Part shown: one piece after another, positions 34,025-40,766 of the stretch
Position numbering within the stretch: the stretch's first letter is position 1
Layout: every line of letters begins with the position of its first letter
Assembly (NCBI GenBank): GCA_036271375.1
Contig: DATBAT010000258.1
Span: forward strand, 14,813-78,812
Direction of reading: 5' to 3'
Source: Terriglobales bacterium
GTDB taxonomy: Bacteria; Acidobacteriota; Terriglobia; Terriglobales; Acidobacteriaceae
Length of the DNA: 64,000 bases
Notes under the pieces: model-generated
Seen by the model: the letters and a program-made list of their open reading frames with translations, nothing else
What the model was told of the DNA's origin: nothing
Database searches by the model: none
Translations under genes and position numbers: made by a program

Positions 34025-36526
34025 ATGGAACCTGGTGCCCCAAAAAAGATCAATAAGTACGACGTTCTAGGCCTGATCGGCCGCGGTGGCATGGGAGTGG
34101 TCTACAAGGCCATCGATAGCTCTCTTGATCGCCTGGTTGCCATCAAGATGGTCACCAGCGCGGACGATTCACACGGCGACCTTCTCAAACGCTTCTACCG
34201 CGAAGCGCAGTTCACCGCTAATCTCCGCCATCAGAATATCGTCACGGTCTACGAACTGGGAGACTTTGAAGGCAGGCCCTACCTGGTGATGGAGTATCTC
34301 GCCGGTCAGAGCTTAGAGTCGATGCTTGCCCGTCAACCCATGAGCCTGCGCCAGCGGGTCAGCCACGTTCGGCAACTTTGTAACGGCCTGCACTACGCGC
34401 ATTCCCGCCAACCCAGCGTGATTCATCGTGATATCAAACCAGCAAACATCGTTGTTCTTGAAGACGGTACGGCCAAGATCGTTGACTTCGGCATTGCGCG
34501 CCTCGACCAATCCAACGACACGCGTTCGGGACAGATCATGGGCAGCTATCACTACATGTCTCCGGAACAGATCGAGAACGAACAACTCGATGGCCGCACC
34601 GATATCTTCTCCGCCGGCGTCGTTCTCTACCAACTCCTGACGTTGACACTTCCGTTCGAAGGCAGTGGTATCGCGCAGACGCTGCACCGTATCGTGAAGA
34701 GTCCGCCAGCTCCGCTAAATCAATTCCTCAAAGAATATCCCGCGGGGCTTGACGACATCATTGCCCGTGCGCTGGCCAAGAACAGGAACGAACGATACCA
34801 GTCAGCTTCGGAGTTTGCATTTGACCTGACGCAAATTGAAGACGAACTGGGCCGCGGACTGTTCGACGATCACATTCAGCGCGCGGAAGAATATTTGCGC
34901 GGTTCTGAGTTTGACCGCGCCAAGCAGGAACTGGTTAGGGTGTTGGACGTCGATCGCCATCACGCTCGCGCCGACGAGCTGATGAAGGAAGTGCAGCAGG
35001 CAATATCAAGGCAGCATCGCAAGATACGCGCCCGGGATTTTCGTGCCCACGCGGAAGAAGCCTTGGAGCAGAGCCATTTCAACGAGGCCCTGAGTTTTAT
35101 CGATCAGGCGATCGGCCTGGATAATACCGACACGACTCTTCAGGAATTCCGCGGACAAATATCGGAATTGCAGGCGCAAGGCAAGCGAGTCAATGAGCTT
35201 TTGGACCAAGCCGAACGGGCTTGCGCCAGCCACGACTTGGATGAGGCCTCCCGTGCCGTCGAAGCGGCGCTGAATATCGACAGCAATTCGCCAAGAGCGC
35301 GCACCCTCAAAGCGGTCATTGAAGCGAAGCTGCTGGAGCGAGAAAAGACGCGCCAGTTGCAGGAAAAACTGGCCTCCGCGCGGGAACGCCTCAGTGCGGG
35401 GAACTTCTCGGAAGCCCTTGCATTTCTTCGCCAGGCGGAAAAGCTTGATCCTACGGTGTCCGGTCTGCGCGGCCTGATTGCGGTTGCCGAATTCGGACAA
35501 CAGGAACAAGCCCGGCAGAAAGTTGTAGGCAAGGCCACGCTTGAAATTCACGACGCGCTCAGCCGGCAGGACGCGCCCCTGGCCCGCAATCTAGCCGCCT
35601 CCGCGCTGGAGAAATTTCCCGAAGACCGCAGCCTTCTCGATTTGAAGGCTTCGATGGACCGGCAGATTGAAGCGCAACGCCGCGAACAGATTGCAGAAAT
35701 CAGGAGCCGAACTGCGGCGAGGGAATTCGACGAGGCAGAACGGCAGTTAGCGTCTGCACGACGCGAATTGGGAGACACGCCGGAGTTCCAACAACTGGCC
35801 AATGAAATTCAGTCCTCGCGAACCGCGCAGAACGAAGAGAAGTTGCGCCGGCCTGCCGCCGGCGATTCAGGGGCTTCTTCATGGCAGTTCGGGCAGCGCA
35901 GTTCACGGGACTTACCTGCGTCGGGTGGTTCGACAAATCTCAGAACCGGACGTCAACGCCCCGAAGACCACAGCGTAGCAGAGCTGACGCCGCTCGCCGG
36001 AATTCCCATCCCCGATACAACACCCAGACCTGTTCCGCCCCCGGACGTGCAGCCCCTGCCCACAGGGTGGCAGCAAGAAACTTTGAGTGCTGTTGAGAAA
36101 CAACTCGCCAACTTCATTGGACCTCTGGCCAGACTTGCGGTGAGACGGGCAAGCTCCAGAACCACCGACCTGGACCACCTCTACGAGATGCTTTCTACGA
36201 GCGTGGCAAGCGCAGAAGACCGCCGAACGTTTCTTGCCGGAAAGATCAAAGGCAGTGCGCCGGGGACAGGTGCTCGATCGACCGGGCCGCAAGTTCCCGC
36301 GGCCGCGGCCAATGCCGCATCTCGCGCCGAACTCACCCCGGCGGCAACGGATCAAGCCACAAAACGCTTGGCACGACACGTAGGTCCACTAGCCGGGGTG
36401 CTGGTAAAACGCACAGTCCAACGGGCAGACAACCTGCGGCATCTCTATGAGCTTCTATGCGAGCACATCGACTCGCAGCCAGCACGAGACCACTTTCTGC
36501 AAGAAGCCGGCTTCGGTAAGAACTAG
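34025..36526 (+). CDS. Hanks-type Ser/Thr protein kinase with TPR/coiled-coil region and two C-terminal repeat modules
   Basis: 'GRGGMGVVYKA', 'VAIKMV', 'HRDIKPANIV', 'KIVDFGIARL' and 'YMSPEQ' are all canonical. A long helical repeat region follows, then two copies of a module of about 55 aa ('FIGPLARLAVRRASSRTTDLDHLYEML...' and 'HVGPLAGVLVKRTVQRADNLRHLYELL...'). Confidence 0.9.
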   Translation: MEPGAPKKINKYDVLGLIGRGGMGVVYKAIDSSLDRLVAIKMVTSADDSHGDLLKRFYREAQFTANLRHQNIVTVYELGDFEGRPYLVMEYLAGQSLESMLARQPMSLRQRVSHVRQLCNGLHYAHSRQPSVIHRDIKPANIVVLEDGTAKIVDFGIARLDQSNDTRSGQIMGSYHYMSPEQIENEQLDGRTDIFSAGVVLYQLLTLTLPFEGSGIAQTLHRIVKSPPAPLNQFLKEYPAGLDDIIARALAKNRNERYQSASEFAFDLTQIEDELGRGLFDDHIQRAEEYLRGSEFDRAKQELVRVLDVDRHHARADELMKEVQQAISRQHRKIRARDFRAHAEEALEQSHFNEALSFIDQAIGLDNTDTTLQEFRGQISELQAQGKRVNELLDQAERACASHDLDEASRAVEAALNIDSNSPRARTLKAVIEAKLLEREKTRQLQEKLASARERLSAGNFSEALAFLRQAEKLDPTVSGLRGLIAVAEFGQQEQARQKVVGKATLEIHDALSRQDAPLARNLAASALEKFPEDRSLLDLKASMDRQIEAQRREQIAEIRSRTAAREFDEAERQLASARRELGDTPEFQQLANEIQSSRTAQNEEKLRRPAAGDSGASSWQFGQRSSRDLPASGGSTNLRTGRQRPEDHSVAELTPLAGIPIPDTTPRPVPPPDVQPLPTGWQQETLSAVEKQLANFIGPLARLAVRRASSRTTDLDHLYEMLSTSVASAEDRRTFLAGKIKGSAPGTGARSTGPQVPAAAANAASRAELTPAATDQATKRLARHVGPLAGVLVKRTVQRADNLRHLYELLCEHIDSQPARDHFLQEAGFGKN

Positions 36527-36651
36527 CGGCCCGTCGCTCTCCGCAGCGGACGACCAAGCCTTTCTGGACCTACGCGAAGACCGGTGTCTCGATCGTTATT
36601 ACGACTCAGTCCCTCCTTTGCGACTAGCCTTATAAAGAGATCTCTTCCGGA

Positions 36652-37416
36652 CTATTTGAAGGTGGCGGTGCTGCGAAGCAGTTCGTCACGGTGACCCGAG
36701 CCGTCGGTCACCGCGTCGAATGCCGGACCACCCAGCGGGCTTGCTTTCATCGCACCGCGAATCGCCGCGTTCACTTTGTCGAGTGCTTCCGCGTTGGCTG
36801 CGATGTAGAGGATTGAAAACGTGTTGGGCGGGTGAGTGTGGATGGCCTCCAGGTCGATTTCGTATTCGTGAATCGTTCCGTCACTCAGTAGCTTTTCCAA
36901 GAGGGGCACGATCAGGTTCTTAGCTAGCGTATCCACCGCATCCTCGGGCGCGGATTCCTTTAACTTGTACATTCCCACGTGGGTGTAGACGTCCTTCCAC
37001 GTTCCCGGCTGCCAGTTATAGTAGGTGCTTACGTAAAGCCCATCAAAGTGCTTGGTCGCGGCGGTAAACACGGGAGAGGTCGCGGTGCCGTTCTTATAAG
37101 ACTGGTCGAGCACGTTGAGCACGGCGGCCATCGACATCCCCGACCACCAGTCGTCGTGGGTTTCGCCGTCCGCCTGGTGAATCAGGTTGGTGTCGTTGCC
37201 ATAACCAACGATGGTTCCGCTGGCGATGTTCTTATCCATCAGGGCGCGGTCGGTTGCTGTGGCCTTGTCCATCTCACCCCATTGAGCGCGTGGGATGGCC
37301 CAGTTGGCGACGTAGCTATACATCGGCGGTTTCTCTTTCACTTCCTGCGCGTGCGCCGCCAAGGCCACCATCGCGATCGCACCGATCATGAGAACTCTGC
37401 CCATCAATTTGTTCAT
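36652..37416 (-). CDS. Secreted hypothetical protein
   Basis: Start set to ATG 37416 (MNKLMGRVLMIGAIAMVALAAHAQ signal peptide). Globular-looking 254-aa product. No family recognised. Confidence 0.6.
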   Translation of the reverse strand: MNKLMGRVLMIGAIAMVALAAHAQEVKEKPPMYSYVANWAIPRAQWGEMDKATATDRALMDKNIASGTIVGYGNDTNLIHQADGETHDDWWSGMSMAAVLNVLDQSYKNGTATSPVFTAATKHFDGLYVSTYYNWQPGTWKDVYTHVGMYKLKESAPEDAVDTLAKNLIVPLLEKLLSDGTIHEYEIDLEAIHTHPPNTFSILYIAANAEALDKVNAAIRGAMKASPLGGPAFDAVTDGSGHRDELLRSTATFK

Positions 37417-37513
37417 AGTGTCTCCATTCTTGAAATTCGCCCCTAAGGGGCATCGAAAGGTGTGCACTCTAATTAGCGGGAACGGCACGCGAAAACTGGC
37501 ACGGTTGTGCAAA

Positions 37514-37546
37514 CTTTACAAAACGTTCCGCGTGGAACGTTTCGTA
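37514..37546. repeat. Palindromic element, copy A (shares an identical 29-mer with 45260-45288)
   Basis: CTTTACAAAACGTTCCGCGTGGAACGTTT at 37514-37542. It forms a 13-bp stem (one mismatch) with a GCGT loop. Lies between two minus-strand genes. Confidence 0.7.
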
Positions 37547-37570
37547 TAGACAGATTTGTGATGACAGTGA

Positions 37571-38215
37571 CTACGCGGCATTCCCAATTTGGGACTTCAC
37601 CTTAATGGCCGGTGACCGAGACGGCGCCAAAAAGGTTCTGCGTAAATACAAGGGGAGAAAATGCGCAACTCTGACTGTTGCAAGTGCCCCCGAAGGAAGT
37701 GTATTGACAAAAACGGGTTGGGGGGACGAAGGCAGAACACATGTGTTGCCCGATGGTGTTTGGGGGAAACCAACATGCGAGAGAGGCGAGCCACCCGTGT
37801 TCGTGGGCAGATCGAAGGTGACGGCATATGTGCAATAGCAACCGAAGCATGCGGTGAAAGAGGCATGAAGATTGAGGACGTTGTCGGGGGCTGTGATGGC
37901 GTTGGAGGCCGACGAGGAAGGTCCGGGTCCAAGAGCATTGTTGGCAGTGACGGTGAAGGTGGAGTTGATCCCAATGTTGCCACGGTCACTGACCGGCACG
38001 GGCAGACAACCACCGTTATTCACGCCACTGAACGTAGCCGAGGTTGTACCGGGAGCAACCGTTTGGGTTGAGTTGCCCGAACCGTGCATGGTCACGGTGT
38101 ATCCGGTGAGCGCTCCACCACCCCCTAAGGTCCCCGGCGGCGTCCAATTTACGGCGATTTGCTGGAAGAACGCACTGGCCGAAACACTGGACGTAGATCC
38201 GGTGGGAGCGCTCAC
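37571..38215 (-). CDS. Fibronectin-III-like repeat protein fragment (possibly the 3' part of a disrupted gene)
   Basis: 'FFQQIAVNWTPPGTLGGGGALTGYTVTMHGSGNSTQTVAPGTTSATFSGV' is FN3-like. No signal peptide and an odd low-complexity tail. It sits 19 nt downstream of, and out of frame with, 38235-38531. Confidence 0.4.
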   Translation of the reverse strand: MSAPTGSTSSVSASAFFQQIAVNWTPPGTLGGGGALTGYTVTMHGSGNSTQTVAPGTTSATFSGVNNGGCLPVPVSDRGNIGINSTFTVTANNALGPGPSSSASNAITAPDNVLNLHASFTACFGCYCTYAVTFDLPTNTGGSPLSHVGFPQTPSGNTCVLPSSPQPVFVNTLPSGALATVRVAHFLPLYLRRTFLAPSRSPAIKVKSQIGNAA

Positions 38216-38234
38216 GCAATTACAGCGAAGTCGC

Positions 38235-38531
38235 TCACGTCAACTCCAGCGTAGCGGACAAGTTGTAGACATCGAACTGGCCGCTGCTGGTGACGGCATC
38301 GACGTAAAGGCGCAGGGTGGCCTTCTTGATGGTAGAGCCGGTAGGAACCCCGGCGAGATTGAACTTCATGAAGGTGGTGGTGTTAGATCTGACGGCATCG
38401 ATGACGCTAGTGCGATAGTTGGTGTTGGGGGAGGAGCTGTTTACAAAGGTGTCGGAAGTAGGCGGCGCCTGCTGCGCCAGCAAAGGCAGTGACATCGCCC
38501 ACAGAGCAAGGACGGCGCGACGGAATGACAT
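38235..38531 (-). CDS. Signal peptide + truncated DNRLRE-like (CBM96-like) domain fragment
   Basis: 'MSFRRAVLALWAMSLPLLAQQ' signal, then 'DTFVNSSSPNTNYRTS...FMKFNLAGVPTGSTIKKATLRLYVDAVTSSGQFDVYNL', then a stop where the domain normally continues. Confidence 0.4.
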   Translation of the reverse strand: MSFRRAVLALWAMSLPLLAQQAPPTSDTFVNSSSPNTNYRTSVIDAVRSNTTTFMKFNLAGVPTGSTIKKATLRLYVDAVTSSGQFDVYNLSATLELT

Positions 38532-39227
38532 GACTCATCCCCCAGACGATTTAGAAGCTGGGCCCGACGGGGAGAAACAGCGCCCATTAGGGGCGCCTAA
38601 TGTGTAAGCGGGAATTTGGGGCGGGGACTGTAACGCAATCAGAAATTATTTGGCGATCACCGGCTCATATGGCTAATTCCTCGCCTGATCCGTGGAACTG
38701 CCTGCGACCTCACTCTTTGCGCCCTCGGGATCTACCGCTCCCTGCAGTTCGGCAGAGCCGGTAGATCCTTTGGCGCCGACAGGACCGACGAGACCTAGCG
38801 ATCCGGCGGCGCCTGTCGTCCCCCTCACAAACTTCGGAATCCCGTAGTCCATCGGTTCCTTGAATTTCGGGGGTGGCTCGCTCTATATAGAGCGGGAATT
38901 CGCCGAAAGAACTGCAACGGCTGGGAATATTTCTTGATGACGTGGGGCAGGTGTCCATCGGTTGTCCAGGCAAAAGCGCACATTCCTCTGTCGTTCGCCA
39001 GGCTGAACCGCAGAGGGTTTGAAAAGAAAGACTTATTGGTAGTAGTGCAGAGTTTTGGATTTGCACGGGGTCGCTTTAGCATTGCCGCTCGTGGCATCAT
39101 AGTGGGGCATGATGATCCCAAAAGGAAAGCGTCCGGCGATCCTCGGCGGATGGCTCAGACGCTGGCGCGTTTGAGGGCAAAGGCAGTAATCAGGAGACAG
39201 AGACGCCGCCGTCGCTCATAACGCTCT

Positions 39228-40028
39228 ATGCCCTCATCTGACGATCTTAAAGGGGTGATTAGCTCGCTAGAACGGACATTGGACTATTGGTCATTTTGGT
39301 TAACAGTCTTTACGTTGCTTGTTGTTGTTGGGCTAGTAATCGAATATGAACACGATGTAAGAGAGCTCATCAAAAACTTTAAGTGGAAGTTGCTGCAAAC
39401 CGTGATTGGCGGAATCCTCGTCACCGTCGGCGTAGCTGGGGAATTAATAGTCCAGTATGAAGCTTCTAAAGTCGAAACCGACCTTAGAACAGCCAGCCAC
39501 CAAGTGGAAGCCGTCCTAGAAGCCGACGCCGCACAAGCCCGCAAAGAGGCAAAGCAAGCAGAAAATGACGCGGAGACCGCACGCGTAAAAGCAAATTCAC
39601 TTGAGCAAGCAAATTTAAGACTCAGAGCTTTCGTCAAGCCACGAGACCTGACCAAGCAGGAATCCGATAACCTACTCGCAACCTGCAAAAGATTTCCGGG
39701 CCACTCCGTAAAAATCAAATCGTACATGCTGGATATGGACGGTATGATTCTTGCGATGGAGATTGAGCGCGTGCTAAGTCGGTGTCCACGGCTCAACGTA
39801 TTCGATGCCCGCTGGGAATATTTGCCGGGCAAAGACCTCGTGCGCGCAGGACTAGCTATTAGCGGCCCACCATCGGAACATGAGTTTGTGGCGGCCTTAA
39901 AAAAGGCCCTATCGGTTGATGGCGAACTCTTTATTTCCAAATTATCACCCCCCGACACCCACGTCACTTCTGACGGCGATGCTGTGGTTATTCTCGTAGG
40001 AATGAAGCCATTGCCCAGGATGAAGTAG
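39228..40028 (+). CDS. Hypothetical membrane protein (2 TM + coiled coil + C-terminal globular domain), low-GC orphan
   Basis: TM segments 'FWLTVFTLLVVVGLVI' and 'VIGGILVTVGVAGELIV'. Coiled coil 'EADAAQARKEAKQAENDAETARVKANSLEQANLRL'. Visibly AT-richer than its neighbours. The antisense 256-aa ORF is S/T/A-rich and was rejected. Confidence 0.6.
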   Translation: MPSSDDLKGVISSLERTLDYWSFWLTVFTLLVVVGLVIEYEHDVRELIKNFKWKLLQTVIGGILVTVGVAGELIVQYEASKVETDLRTASHQVEAVLEADAAQARKEAKQAENDAETARVKANSLEQANLRLRAFVKPRDLTKQESDNLLATCKRFPGHSVKIKSYMLDMDGMILAMEIERVLSRCPRLNVFDARWEYLPGKDLVRAGLAISGPPSEHEFVAALKKALSVDGELFISKLSPPDTHVTSDGDAVVILVGMKPLPRMK

Positions 40029-40181
40029 GCCAAAACCGGGGAAATACCAGCCACGGTCTCACCGTCCTAATCCTGTGGAAATTGAACTGATCCACTACCA
40101 CTTATTTTCGTTGGTGGAAAAGGCGAAGGCCTGTGTTACCCTCTCCGGTCTGTTCTAAACGGCAGAATCTAAGGGGCTTAT

Positions 40182-40766
40182 TTGGAAACCCCGCAGTCTC
40201 AAGACGTCACCGGTTTGCTGCGCGCATGGAGCGGCGGAGATGAAGACGCGCTGTCGAAACTGGCTCCGCTGGTGTATCACGAATTGCATCAGGCGGCGCG
40301 GCGACATATGGCCGGAGAAAGGTCTGGACATACCCTTCAAGCGACCGCTCTTATTAATGAAGTCTATTTGCGGCTGATTCGCGCCAAGCCCACTGACTGG
40401 CAGAACCGCGCGCATTTTTTTGCCGTCTCGGCGCAGATGATGCGGCGCATCCTCACCGACTTTGCCCGTGCGCGCAACTATCAGAAGAGAGGCGGCCGCA
40501 CGCCACACCTTCCGCTCGATGAAGCGCTGGTGATATCCCCGGAACCGGATGCCGATTTGGTTGCGCTGGACGATGCGTTGAAACGTCTTTCTCAAGTGGA
40601 CGAGCGCAAGGGCCGGGTGGTGGAGTTACGCTTCTTTGGCGGACTCGATGTCAAAGAGACGGCCGAAGTGTTGAAGGTTTCCGACGAGACGGTGATGCGG
40701 GACTGGAAACTGGCCAAGGTCTGGCTGCTGCGCGATCTGAGCGGAAATAACCATGATGGATGCTGA
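40182..40766 (+). CDS. ECF-type sigma factor (Sigma70_ECF / TIGR02999-like)
   Basis: 'DVTGLLRAWSGGDEDALSKLAPLVYHELHQAARRHMAGERSGHTLQATALINEVYLRLI' is the hallmark N-terminus of this ECF subfamily. Region 4 'VVELRFFGGLDVKETAEVLKVSDETVMRDWKLAKVWL'. TTG start. Confidence 0.85.
   Translation: METPQSQDVTGLLRAWSGGDEDALSKLAPLVYHELHQAARRHMAGERSGHTLQATALINEVYLRLIRAKPTDWQNRAHFFAVSAQMMRRILTDFARARNYQKRGGRTPHLPLDEALVISPEPDADLVALDDALKRLSQVDERKGRVVELRFFGGLDVKETAEVLKVSDETVMRDWKLAKVWLLRDLSGNNHDGC

Noticed and set aside
39284-40054. 256-aa minus-strand ORF
   Set aside because: Its Ser/Thr/Ala-rich composition is not protein-like. The plus-strand ORF has TM helices, a coiled coil and a globular domain.
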